The notes beneath the pieces are model-generated. The model saw only the letters and a program-made list of their open reading frames with translations. It did no database searches and had not been told where the DNA came from. From Candidatus Uhrbacteria bacterium (GTDB taxonomy: Bacteria > Patescibacteriota > Patescibacteriia > UBA9934 > GWF2-40-263): a stretch of 64,000 nucleotides of DNA. Below are positions 1-9,171 of this stretch, piece after piece (position 1 is the first letter of the stretch; every line of letters starts with the position of its first letter). The DNA lies in assembly GCA_016188475.1 (NCBI GenBank), contig JACPHT010000007.1, positions 16,467-80,466 of the forward strand, written 5' to 3'. Made by a program: the position numbers and the translations under genes.

Positions 1-416
1 GCGGAACCATCTTGCATATAAATACGCCGACATGTTTTTGGATAAACATACCAGGCTTCGCCGTGTTGTTGAACCTGAAGAAGAATCTGCCCTTTAAGTT
101 TTCCGGCAAGACTATTCGAATCACAGATTGAGGACGATTTTAGCATTTCAGAAGTCGAAGACACGGACGGAATTTTCGCAAGATCACTGTCTGAAATTCC
201 CAAACTAAATTCACGCATCATTGAATATGCTGTCTCGCCGTCTTTCATGTAATAACGTTTGTTGTCAGAGCGACGAACAAACCATGCTTCGCCGTGTTGT
301 TGAACCTGAAGAAGAATTGACCCTTGAAGTTTTTTTGCAAAAGAAGTGTCGTACGCTTTAACGGAAATTGGCGCGATACTCATTAACGCCAATAAAATAA
401 AAATATAATTTTTCAT
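1..416 (-). CDS. Secreted repeat protein (partial; runs off window start)
   Basis: Not in the ORF track. Manual translation from ATG at 416 (ATGA overlap with the recJ stop): MKNYIFILLALMSIAPISVKA signal peptide, then two repeats KLxGxILLQVQQHGEAW(F/Y)V..R.YM.DG. Confidence 0.75.
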   Translation of the reverse strand, partial: MKNYIFILLALMSIAPISVKAYDTSFAKKLQGSILLQVQQHGEAWFVRRSDNKRYYMKDGETAYSMMREFSLGISDSDLAKIPSVSSTSEMLKSSSICDSNSLAGKLKGQILLQVQQHGEAWYVYPKTCRRIYMQDGS

Positions 417-2152
417 AAAAAAATATCAATCACGTTTAATTGCAATTCACGATTTCCGTTCCACTCGTTAACTTTAACATGAAAGGCCAAATCTATCGAC
501 TGTCCAATAGAAAAATTTTGAGCGTGATCGCCAAAACCAAACGCGATAGCTGGCAAAATTCGTCCAAATGGAGATCGAACAGAAAATTTTAGATGTTTTC
601 CTTCATTTCCGACTGCTGAAAACGAAACGAGTGATAATTCTCGCGCGCAAAAAATAGGTTCTGGATTTCCTTGTCCAAAAGGCCGACATCGTTCAATAGA
701 ATCAAACAGCGACCAATCAATTTCCTCAAGCTTTAATTCTTTTTCAATATCAAGATGCGGAATTAGATCTTCTTGTTTTATTTTTTCTAACGCAAAAGTT
801 TGAAGCGAGTCTACAACTCGTTTAAGATTTTCTTCACCTCGAATTGAGAAACCGCAAGCTTGCGGATGACCTCCAAATTTTTCCAAATGCTCGGAAACAT
901 GTTGAAGCGCGGAAGTCACGTCAAAATTTCCGAATGTTCTCCCTGACCCGACATACAAATCATCTGACTTTCCAATCACATACACCGGACGCTTGTGTTC
1001 GTTCACAAGTTTCCCAGCAACAAGCCCGACAAGACCTGGTGACCAGGAATCAGAAACAGCAATCAAAAGATTTGTGAGAGGTTGAGTTGATAAAAACACT
1101 TTCGCTTCGTCAAACATTTGTGAAGATTGACGCTGACGTTCTTTGTTTGTTTCTTGCAGACGCATAGCAAATTCTGTTGCTTGTGTTTCATTTTCTGCTA
1201 ATAACAAATCCAAGGCCTCTGTTGCGTGATTGATTCGTCCTGCCGCGTTCAATCGAGGTCCAATTTGAAAACCGATCGAATTTGTATCAAGCGTTCCAAA
1301 TGTTCCGCCGGAAATATCAATTAGTTTTTTCAAACCGATTCGTTGTGTTTTATTCAAAACTATAAGTCCGTACATTTCCAGTAATCGATTTTCTCCTAAA
1401 AGCGGCATCACATCTGTCACAGTTGCGATAGCGACAAGATCAAGCAACCATCTTTCAAACCCTTCGGAAATTTTTGAGCCGCGTTTGCGCGCATCTTCAT
1501 ATAACGAACACGCAAGTTTGAACGCAACACCTGTTCCACACAAAAATTTGTTTGGATATGTTTCACTGTCAATATGCGGGTGAATAATTATTGTTTGATC
1601 GGGAATTTCTTCTGGAACAGAATGATGATCACAAATTATTGTTTCGATACCAAAAATTTTCGCGTGATCAATCGCTTGCTTGTTACTGATTCCACAATCA
1701 ACTGTGATGATAAGTTTTGTATTCTCGTGCGTGTTCAAATGCTCAACAGTTTCAACAGATAAACCATATCCTTCTCTTTCACGATGTGGAATATATGAAG
1801 TTACAAGTTTTTCATCAAAGGATAAAGCTCGACACAAATCGCGTAAACATATCAACAAAAGCGCGGTTCCACAAACACCATCAGCGTCATAATCGCCATG
1901 GATAGTTATTGTTTCCCCATGTTCAAACGCGTAAAAAATTCTTTGCACCGCTTCATTCATCTGACTAAACAAAGTTGGAGCGTGAATATCACGCGTCCAG
2001 TCAGGGCTTAAATATAAATCGATCTCTTCCTGTGTTCTCAAATTTCGATTCCACAACAATTGCAAAAGAACCGGATGAATTTCCGGGAATTGTTGCTTTA
2101 TTTCCTCACTTATAGAATCAACAACTTGCCAAATTGATTTCTTGTGATTCAC
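413..2152 (-). CDS. recJ: Single-stranded-DNA-specific exonuclease RecJ
   Basis: DHH motifs GDYDADG, ITVDCG, ICDHH; PRLNAAGR; FGGHPQACG; C-terminal OB fold. Confidence 0.95.
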   Translation of the reverse strand: MNHKKSIWQVVDSISEEIKQQFPEIHPVLLQLLWNRNLRTQEEIDLYLSPDWTRDIHAPTLFSQMNEAVQRIFYAFEHGETITIHGDYDADGVCGTALLLICLRDLCRALSFDEKLVTSYIPHREREGYGLSVETVEHLNTHENTKLIITVDCGISNKQAIDHAKIFGIETIICDHHSVPEEIPDQTIIIHPHIDSETYPNKFLCGTGVAFKLACSLYEDARKRGSKISEGFERWLLDLVAIATVTDVMPLLGENRLLEMYGLIVLNKTQRIGLKKLIDISGGTFGTLDTNSIGFQIGPRLNAAGRINHATEALDLLLAENETQATEFAMRLQETNKERQRQSSQMFDEAKVFLSTQPLTNLLIAVSDSWSPGLVGLVAGKLVNEHKRPVYVIGKSDDLYVGSGRTFGNFDVTSALQHVSEHLEKFGGHPQACGFSIRGEENLKRVVDSLQTFALEKIKQEDLIPHLDIEKELKLEEIDWSLFDSIERCRPFGQGNPEPIFCARELSLVSFSAVGNEGKHLKFSVRSPFGRILPAIAFGFGDHAQNFSIGQSIDLAFHVKVNEWNGNRELQLNVIDIFL

Positions 2153-2253
2153 AAACCAAGTCCAACTAAGATACTAAATAAAACCATTGAAAGAATCACG
2201 ATAATAATAACAATCGTCCAAAACACACGTAACTTTTTTTGTTGCATACTTTT

Positions 2254-4044
2254 CTATTCACGTTTTAACACTTTTAGATAAGCGTCAGTTGGAATGTTCA
2301 CTGTTCCTTTTCCAATTTCTGCCATTTTTGCTTTTCCCTTTTTTTGTTTTTCCAAAAGTTTTCGTTTGCGTGTAACATCACCTCCGTATAATTTTGCAGT
2401 AACATCTTTACTTATTGCGGATATTCGCTCTGACGCGACAATTTTTCCACCGATACTCGCTTGAAGTTTGATCACAAAATTTTCTCTTGGAATAGTGTCT
2501 TTCAAAACATTCAACACTCGTCGTCCTGTTCGTTGCGCTTCATTTCGATAAACAAGAATCGCGAACGCATCAACAGGTTCTTCGGCAACTAAAATATCCA
2601 TTCTCACGACATCCGCGTCTCGATATCCAATCAATTCGTAATTCATTGATCCGTAGCCAGCAGTCGCGCCTTTAAGTTTGTCATAAAAATCCACGATGAT
2701 CATTGAAAGCGGAATTTCGTAATGCAAAATCGCGCGCTCTCCAAGAAGATATTCCGTGTTTTTATAGACTCCGCGTCTCTCTTGCACAAGGTTCATTATT
2801 CCGCCGATATATTCTGATGGGCTGACAATGTCCATTTTCACCCACGGCTCCTCGATTTTTTCCACAAACGATTGGTCAGGAAGTTCCAATGGACTTTTGA
2901 TTGTTTTCGTTTCACTGTTTCGTAAAACAACTCGATAAGCAACTGACGGAACAGTTACGACTAATTCAAGACCGAATTCACGCTCCAAACGCTCTTTGAG
3001 AATTTCCAAATGCAACATTCCAAGAAGTCCAGCGCGAAATCCATATCCAAGCGCTGGTGAATGTTCGGATTCATAAACAAGTGAAGAGTCGTTCAATTTC
3101 AAACGTTCGATCGCTTCGCGCAAACGGTGAAAATCATCTCCTTCTTTTGGAAAAACTCCGGCATAAACCATTGGACGAACTTCTTTGTATCCTGCAAGTG
3201 CTGAAACGTTTGCGTTTCGATCAGTGATTGTGTCCCCGACTCGACAACTTCCAATTTCTTTCAATCCGCTTACCATATATCCAATTTGTCCGCATTCCAA
3301 AATTGGCGACGATTTCAAACCACCCGGTGTAACTGCCCCAACTTCTAAAACCTCGAAAGTTTTGTCAGTGGCAATCATTCGGACCAATGCGCCCTTTTTT
3401 ATTTCTCCGTCCATTACTCGAATGTATGCCATGACTCCACGATAGTCATCGTAAAAAGAATCAAAAATTAACGCGCGAGTTGGAGCGTCTTTTTTCCCAG
3501 ATGGCGGAGGAATTCGATTCACGATATCTTGCAACAACGATTCAACTCCCTGACCTGTTTTTCCGCTCACGCACAAAATTTCTTCTGGTTTGCATCCAAG
3601 AAGTTGCACAAGCTCTTCTTTTCTGCGATCAACATCAGCAGCTGGAAGATCAATTTTGTTAAGAACTGGAATTATCGTAAGTTCCTCTTCAAGCGCGAGA
3701 TATAAATTGCCGATTGTTTGAGCTTGAATGCCTTGTGTTGAGTCAACAAGAAGAACTGCGCCTTCAACAGCCGCAAGTGAACGAGAAACTTCGTAGTTGA
3801 AATCAACGTGGCCAGGAGTGTCTATAAGATTCAAAATGGTACCTTTCCATTGCATTCTTGCTGGCGCGAGTTTAATTGTGATTCCCTTTTCACGTTCAAG
3901 ATCCATGGAATCCAAAATCTGTTCTTTCATGTTTCGCTTATCAACTGTACCTGTAATTTCAAGCAACCGATCCGCAAGTGTGGATTTTCCATGATCAATG
4001 TGTGCAATAATGCAGAAGTTGCGAATGTTAGATTGATCGGACAT
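2254..4044 (-). CDS. lepA: Elongation factor 4 (LepA)
   Basis: IRNFCIIAHIDHGKSTLADR, DTPGHVDF, C-terminal YGGDVTRKRKLLEKQKKGK; start 4044 or 4053. Confidence 0.97.
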   Translation of the reverse strand: MSDQSNIRNFCIIAHIDHGKSTLADRLLEITGTVDKRNMKEQILDSMDLEREKGITIKLAPARMQWKGTILNLIDTPGHVDFNYEVSRSLAAVEGAVLLVDSTQGIQAQTIGNLYLALEEELTIIPVLNKIDLPAADVDRRKEELVQLLGCKPEEILCVSGKTGQGVESLLQDIVNRIPPPSGKKDAPTRALIFDSFYDDYRGVMAYIRVMDGEIKKGALVRMIATDKTFEVLEVGAVTPGGLKSSPILECGQIGYMVSGLKEIGSCRVGDTITDRNANVSALAGYKEVRPMVYAGVFPKEGDDFHRLREAIERLKLNDSSLVYESEHSPALGYGFRAGLLGMLHLEILKERLEREFGLELVVTVPSVAYRVVLRNSETKTIKSPLELPDQSFVEKIEEPWVKMDIVSPSEYIGGIMNLVQERRGVYKNTEYLLGERAILHYEIPLSMIIVDFYDKLKGATAGYGSMNYELIGYRDADVVRMDILVAEEPVDAFAILVYRNEAQRTGRRVLNVLKDTIPRENFVIKLQASIGGKIVASERISAISKDVTAKLYGGDVTRKRKLLEKQKKGKAKMAEIGKGTVNIPTDAYLKVLKRE

Positions 4045-4081
4045 AGAGTTCATTCATATTTTCTTTCTTACACCATCTCAG

Positions 4082-4186
4082 CCATCGTTTGTTGCAGTAG
4101 AGACAGACGGGACTCCTTTTTCTTGGCCTTCATGCAGAACCAGCGGCAGAAAAAGTGTCCCGTAACTGTCTCTTGTGAACCTAAAG
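4082..4186. repeat. Dispersed intergenic hairpin element, copy 1 (second copy ~49445-49646)
   Basis: CCATYGTTTGTTGYAGTAGAGACAGACGGG..TTTTTCTTGGCCTT and TGTCTYTTGTKAACCTAAA are shared by both loci; AGAGACAG/CTGTCTCT stem. Confidence 0.7.
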
Positions 4187-4242
4187 TAGTTAACTGATTT
4201 GCTTGAGGCTAAAGAGAAAGGTTTTTACAGATTTCTAAGTAT

Positions 4243-5610
4243 CTATATTTCGTACTTCTCTTGAAACTCTGGAATAACAACTTCGGTTTTCAATTCGTGG
4301 CGAAGATGTGTCGCAAATACTTCTTTTGCTTCCAAATCGCCATGCACAAGAAAAACCTTTTTTGGAATTTTACCATCTTCAGGATTCAACCATCGCGTGA
4401 GTTTGTTCATATCTCCATGAGCAGAAAAAGCTCCGATTGCTATTGTTCGAGCGTTTACTCTTACTTCTTCTCCAAAAATTATCACACGTTTCGCGCCTTC
4501 GTAAATTTTCCTTCCAATTGTTCCTTTGGCTTGAAAACCGATGATCAGAAGGGTTGTTTTTTGATCAGAAAGATACCGAATTAAGTGGTGCATAATCCGG
4601 CCGCCAGACATCATGCCAGAACCTGCGACAATAACTTTTGGCGCAGGTGTGTCATTGATTTTTTTTGATTCTTCAACCGTCAAAGTTTCGCGCAAATTTT
4701 TAAAACTGAAAAAATCTCGATCCGATTCCTTCAAAATCGATTCATCAAATTCCAAATACTCTTTGAAGTCGCGGTAAAGTTGCGTTGCGCGGATCGCCAT
4801 TGGACTGTCAAGGAAAATCGGACAATTCGTAACAAGATCGTGTTCGAGAATTTGATTGAGCGCGTATAAAAGTTCTTGAGTACGCTCAATCGAAAATGCT
4901 GGGATAAGAAGAACTGATCGATCTTTGAGCGTTTGTTCGATCGCGGCTTTCAACTTGGACTCACGTTCACTCACTGGTTCGTGAACTCGATGTCCGTAAG
5001 TTGATTCACAAATAACAACGTCAGCGTGTGAAATCGCTTCAGTGTCAGGCAAAATTGGAACATCATCATTTCCAATATCACCTGAAAAAACAACTCGCTT
5101 TCCTTCTGCTTCAACTGAAATGAACGCGGAACCGAGCACATGTCCAGCTTCGTGGAACATAATTGATATACCCGGTGCAATATCAAGTTGTTCGTGATAG
5201 TTAACGCCTTTAACTGAATCAAACGCATTTAACAAATCTTCCATTTCATACAAAATAGAACTTCCGCATTTTTCAGCTTCCTCCTTCATGATGTGATGCG
5301 CATCTTCAAGAACGAGTTTGCTCAAACCAATGCACGGATGAGTCATGTAAATAGGACCGTGAAATCCTGCTTTGAAAAGTTTTGGCAAACGACCAGTGTG
5401 ATCTGCGTGCGGATGTGTTACAAAAACCGCTTCAACTTGTTTTGCATCAAAACCAAATGGTTCGAAGTTTTTGCCGCCGCATAAATGTTCACCTTGGAAC
5501 ATTCCGCAATCAATTAAAAATTGATGCTCTTTTTTGTTTGAATCAAGAGTTCGCAATAAAAAACACGAACCTGTTACTTCACGGGCAGCTCCGTGGAACG
5601 ATAATTCCAT
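4243..5610 (-). CDS. Metallo-beta-lactamase/beta-CASP family nuclease (RNA-processing type)
   Basis: GAAREVTGS, THPHADHTG, AGHVLGS, ESTYG, FSAHGD, LVHGD motifs. Confidence 0.9.
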   Translation of the reverse strand: MELSFHGAAREVTGSCFLLRTLDSNKKEHQFLIDCGMFQGEHLCGGKNFEPFGFDAKQVEAVFVTHPHADHTGRLPKLFKAGFHGPIYMTHPCIGLSKLVLEDAHHIMKEEAEKCGSSILYEMEDLLNAFDSVKGVNYHEQLDIAPGISIMFHEAGHVLGSAFISVEAEGKRVVFSGDIGNDDVPILPDTEAISHADVVICESTYGHRVHEPVSERESKLKAAIEQTLKDRSVLLIPAFSIERTQELLYALNQILEHDLVTNCPIFLDSPMAIRATQLYRDFKEYLEFDESILKESDRDFFSFKNLRETLTVEESKKINDTPAPKVIVAGSGMMSGGRIMHHLIRYLSDQKTTLLIIGFQAKGTIGRKIYEGAKRVIIFGEEVRVNARTIAIGAFSAHGDMNKLTRWLNPEDGKIPKKVFLVHGDLEAKEVFATHLRHELKTEVVIPEFQEKYEI

Positions 5611-6017
5611 ATTGATAAAACTAAAATCGCGAGAATGATTGTTTGCGAACTAATACAAATCAAACACCAGGTTTTCAAAACAAAAAGCTCAATCCCTGTC
5701 AGATATAAACTGAACAACAGACCGCCAATGGAAGCTAAAAGAATAAATCTATCAATAGAGCGATCTGTTGGATTGCGAAGCGAAAGAAACCCTCCGATTG
5801 CAAGAAACAAATATCCGATCACACCAATAAGCGAAACTGGAATTCCAACAATTTGTGAATACGGACCTTTGTTAACGATGTCGCAATCAAACGTGCTGTT
5901 TATTGAACAAAATTTTCCTGACGCAAATCCTGCATTGTGAAAAAACGCGTAAAGAGAAATTGTCACGCCGATGAGCGACAAAATAATTATCATTTTCATT
6001 CTCGAAGTTTTTGACAT
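5574..6017 (-). CDS. Vitamin K epoxide reductase (VKOR) family membrane protein
   Basis: Four TM segments, loop C-x7-C (FCSINSTFDC), active-site WCLIC. Confidence 0.9.
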   Translation of the reverse strand: MSKTSRMKMIIILSLIGVTISLYAFFHNAGFASGKFCSINSTFDCDIVNKGPYSQIVGIPVSLIGVIGYLFLAIGGFLSLRNPTDRSIDRFILLASIGGLLFSLYLTGIELFVLKTWCLICISSQTIILAILVLSIWNYRSTELPVK

Positions 6018-6118
6018 ATGACTCCGTGACTACATTGACTTCACGACTATTTTGACTAAATTGACCCTTGACTCCCTTTACTATATTGACTCCATCGACT
6101 CCATTGACTTTATTGACT

Positions 6119-6514
6119 TCATTGACTTGCCTTCTCCGGCAACTCACATTGACTTTTCTCTGCCAATTCGTCAAGCGATCTTTCGCCTGTTAGTCTGCTT
6201 CCGTCAGCAAATTCCCAAGTCGGATATCCCTCAATTCCAGCGTCTTTGCATTCTTGATTCATTGCTTTTGAACCAGGGAGAGAACATTCAATGTAACTGA
6301 CTTTACCAAACGCCCCTTCAAATAATTTTTTCTGATTCTGACAATGCGGACACCACCATGCGCCGTACATTTTCACATTTTGTTCTGTCAGACATTGTGC
6401 AAAAGAGTCGTATCTGGATGGTCCGGAGTTTTGTTTTATAACGACTACCATCAAAACAACTACAACGATCGCCGCGACGATATAAAGAATAGACGACGAA
6501 TTTAACTTTATCAT
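6119..6514 (-). CDS. Membrane-anchored thioredoxin-like protein (VKOR partner type)
   Basis: N-terminal TM, MYGAWWCPHC, IEGYPTW; start moved to 6514 because the longer ORF overlaps the divergent dus gene. Confidence 0.85.
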   Translation of the reverse strand: MIKLNSSSILYIVAAIVVVVLMVVVIKQNSGPSRYDSFAQCLTEQNVKMYGAWWCPHCQNQKKLFEGAFGKVSYIECSLPGSKAMNQECKDAGIEGYPTWEFADGSRLTGERSLDELAEKSQCELPEKASQ

Positions 6515-6575
6515 ATTGCTAAGAGTATACCTTATCCTTGAACATTTGCCATTCTTCCTGTATCTTCCTTTCGTT

Positions 6576-7610
6576 ATGATATTAGACTGGAAAAAGTTGA
6601 AACGTCCGATTCTCGCACTTGCGCCAATGGCCGACATGACTGACTCGGCGTTTTGTCGTACTGTGATGGGAGTAACAGAGTCAAAAAAGTCAATAGAGTC
6701 AATGGAGATCACTGAGCCAGCTATATTGACTCATTTGACTCCTTTGACTCCAAGACTAATCGTCTTCCGCGAAATGGTTTCCTCGGAAGCCGTTGTTCGT
6801 GAAAACAAAAAAACGATCAACATGACAACAATCAATCCAGTTGAACGTCCGATTGTGCAACAACTATTTGGAAGTGATCCTGACGTGATGGCCGAAGCCG
6901 CGCGAAAAATTGAGGAAGAACATTATCCTGAAGGTTTTGACATCAACATGGGTTGTCCGGTTTATAAAATCGTCCACAACTTCAACGGAGCCGCTTTGAT
7001 GAACGAACCGGATCGCGCAACAGAGATTGTAAAAAAAATGAAAGCCGCGGTTTCAGTTCCTGTGTCGGTGAAAATCAGAACTGGCTGGTCAGATTCAAAA
7101 CAGTGTTTGGAGTTTGCTCGCGTGCTAGAAAATGCAGGAGCTGATATGATAACGGTTCATGGTCGTACAAAAATACAAGGATATTCTGGCAAATCAGATT
7201 GGGATCGAATTCGCGAAGTCAAACAGCGAGTTTCGATTCCGGTTTTGGCAAATGGAGATATCCACACAGCTGAATTGACTTTGAAGGCGCTTGAGCAAAC
7301 TGGTTGCGATGGAGTCTCAATTGCTCGTGGAGCGCTTGGCAATCCATGGATATTTCAGCAAATATCTGAAATGTTGGATGGAAAAACTTCGACTCCTGTT
7401 TCTTGGAATAAACGGGTCGAGGTGATGAAAACACACTTTGCTTTTCACATTGAACAATATGGCGAGCGAGGCGTTTCAACTTTTCGCAAACATGTAAGTT
7501 GGTATTTACGAGGAATTGCTGGAGCAAAAAAATATAAAGAAAAACTTCATATTGTAAAAACGGTTGAAGAAGTTAATTTTATTTTGGATGAGATGAAAGA
7601 TAAAATATGA
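6576..7610 (+). CDS. dusB: tRNA-dihydrouridine synthase (DusB-like)
   Basis: LAPMADMTD, DINMGCP, TVHGRT, ANGDI, ARGALGNPW. Confidence 0.88.
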   Translation: MILDWKKLKRPILALAPMADMTDSAFCRTVMGVTESKKSIESMEITEPAILTHLTPLTPRLIVFREMVSSEAVVRENKKTINMTTINPVERPIVQQLFGSDPDVMAEAARKIEEEHYPEGFDINMGCPVYKIVHNFNGAALMNEPDRATEIVKKMKAAVSVPVSVKIRTGWSDSKQCLEFARVLENAGADMITVHGRTKIQGYSGKSDWDRIREVKQRVSIPVLANGDIHTAELTLKALEQTGCDGVSIARGALGNPWIFQQISEMLDGKTSTPVSWNKRVEVMKTHFAFHIEQYGERGVSTFRKHVSWYLRGIAGAKKYKEKLHIVKTVEEVNFILDEMKDKI

Positions 7611-8476
7611 AAATTGGAATTTTAATTTTTTCAGATCCAGCGCTTGATAACTATACTGGGGTTGCTCGACTTGAAGAAACAGCACAAGTGTTAGGTCATG
7701 CAGTGTTTCGTCTCTACGAACCAAATTTTTCGCTTTGTGGAGACGAGCTTTTATACGATGGAAAACAAATGCCAGACGTTGACGTGATCATTTCACGTCC
7801 GAACTTCATCGAAGAACCAAGTTTGCATTTTTATGTTGTCAACACTTTGATTGAAAACGGATACAAGGTTTTGAATGGAAAACCATCATTTGCGATCGCG
7901 AAAAATAAAATCGAACAACTATGTGTGTTTCAAAAAAAAGGATTTCCTTATCCGAAAAGTTTCATAACAAAAAATCCTGAAAGCGCGCTTAAAGCCGCAA
8001 AACAAATTGGTTTTCCTGTTGTCATCAAAGTTGCGTTTGGAACAATTGGAAAAGGAGTTTTCTACGCGCCGAATCAGGAAACGTTTGGACCGATAGTTGA
8101 GTATCTAGCGATCCGAGATCGAAATCCAGTAATCGTACAAGAGTTTATTAAAGAGGCTGATCGAAAAGATTTACGTGTGTTTATTGTTGGAGAAAAAATT
8201 GTCGCGTCAATGGAAAGGTGCGCGCCAGAAGGAGACGTGCGTGCGAATACAAGTAATGGTGGAACAGGAACACCAGTGACACTAACGGATCAAGAACAAA
8301 AGTTGGCCATACAAGTTGCAACAGTGTTTGATTTGGATATTATCGGAATTGATCTTATTCGTTCAAATCGCGGACCGCTTGTTTTGGAAGTAAATTCAAA
8401 CCCCGGATTTAGCGAGCTTGAACGCGCGACTGGAATTGATGTTGCTAAAGCGATTATCGAATTTGCTGTGTCATAA
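7607..8476 (+). CDS. RimK-family ATP-grasp ligase
   Basis: FPVVIK, VQEFI, DLRVFIVG, RANTSNGG, LEVNSNPGF. Confidence 0.88.
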   Translation: MKIGILIFSDPALDNYTGVARLEETAQVLGHAVFRLYEPNFSLCGDELLYDGKQMPDVDVIISRPNFIEEPSLHFYVVNTLIENGYKVLNGKPSFAIAKNKIEQLCVFQKKGFPYPKSFITKNPESALKAAKQIGFPVVIKVAFGTIGKGVFYAPNQETFGPIVEYLAIRDRNPVIVQEFIKEADRKDLRVFIVGEKIVASMERCAPEGDVRANTSNGGTGTPVTLTDQEQKLAIQVATVFDLDIIGIDLIRSNRGPLVLEVNSNPGFSELERATGIDVAKAIIEFAVS

Positions 8477-8507
8477 TGGCTAATGGCTAATGGCCCAAAA
8501 ACAAAAA

Positions 8508-8526
8508 GCAGGCCAAGTTGGCCTGC
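8508..8526 (-). terminator. Intrinsic terminator for the small zinc-finger ORF
   Basis: GCAGGCCAA-CTTGGCCTGC hairpin followed by TTTTTGTTTTT on the minus strand. Confidence 0.65.
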
Positions 8527-8551
8527 ATATAGAACGTGACAAGAAGAGGGT

Positions 8552-8695
8552 CTAGCCATTCTTGCGTTTGGTTTTGATGTGCCCGCGGAACTCCTTCCGC
8601 GCAGACCGCCCCATTCCGTGCCTGGTCTTGGCGACATGGTGCATCATCCGATCCGGATTGTTGGTACGGTACTGGCACTGAACGCACTGCTTCAT
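8552..8695 (-). CDS. 47-aa basic C2H2 zinc-finger-like microprotein
   Basis: MKQCVQCQYRTNNPDRMMHHVAKTRHGMGRSARKEFRGHIKTKRKNG; C-x2-C-x12-H-x5-H; SD AAAGGAG upstream of the ATG. Confidence 0.7.
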   Translation of the reverse strand: MKQCVQCQYRTNNPDRMMHHVAKTRHGMGRSARKEFRGHIKTKRKNG

Positions 8696-8750
8696 CTGTT
8701 GCTCCTTTGTAGAGAAGATTCATCTGCGCCTGTCGCAGATTAGCCTGAAT

Positions 8751-8779
8751 AGGCTATCAGAATTTACATATTTTGTCAA
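8751..8779 (-). promoter_or_regulatory. Sigma70-like promoter for the microprotein
   Basis: TTGACA-N17-TAGCCT with TGn extended -10. Confidence 0.5.
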
Positions 8780-8814
8780 TAATGATAGATTTGGGTCGTA
8801 ATTTGAGACACTAT

Positions 8815-8888
8815 TCCGGGGTCGTCTAGCGGCAGGACATGTGCCTCTGGAGCACAGAACCGTGGTTCGAGTCCACGCCCCGGAACCA
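8815..8888 (+). tRNA. tRNA-Gln (CTG)
   Basis: TCCGGGG/CCCCGGA acceptor stem, TGTGC-CT-CTG-GA-GCACA anticodon arm, GGTTCGAGTCC T arm, encoded CCA. Confidence 0.96.
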
Positions 8889-8923
8889 AAATATCCTGTT
8901 CACTAAGTGAACAGGATATTTTT
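8888..8923 (+). terminator. Terminator-like hairpin after the tRNA
   Basis: AAAATATCCTGTTCACT-AA-GTGAACAGGATATTTTT. Confidence 0.65.
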
Positions 8924-8931
8924 GATGAAAA

Positions 8932-9095
8932 CACTTAACTACCGATCGGGAGTTAAGTGAAAATGAATAAATTAAAATCTGTTTCTCCACAATTGATATA
9001 TTGAGATAAATTATAGATAAAAACTTTAAATTATACTGTTAATTTGAAAATACACAGAATCACACTTAACTACCGATCGGTAGTTAAGTGTGATT
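8932..9095. repeat. Two CACTTAACT(A/C)CCGATCGG(G/T)AGTTAAGTG palindromes (third copy at 33800-33835)
   Basis: 8932-8959 is near-perfect; 9058-9095 is a perfect 38-bp palindrome. Confidence 0.9.
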
Positions 9096-9171
9096 AAAAA
9101 AACACCACCTTTCAGCGGCGGAATAATTTCAATTAAAAAAACAAACTTTTAATAATCGGGAATTCTTATTC

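Noticed and set aside
8290-8723. ORF-track entries 8290-8637 and 8487-8723 (-)
   Set aside because: They lack an SD and recognisable motifs; the 47-aa frame in the same region has an SD, a zinc-finger pattern and a terminator.
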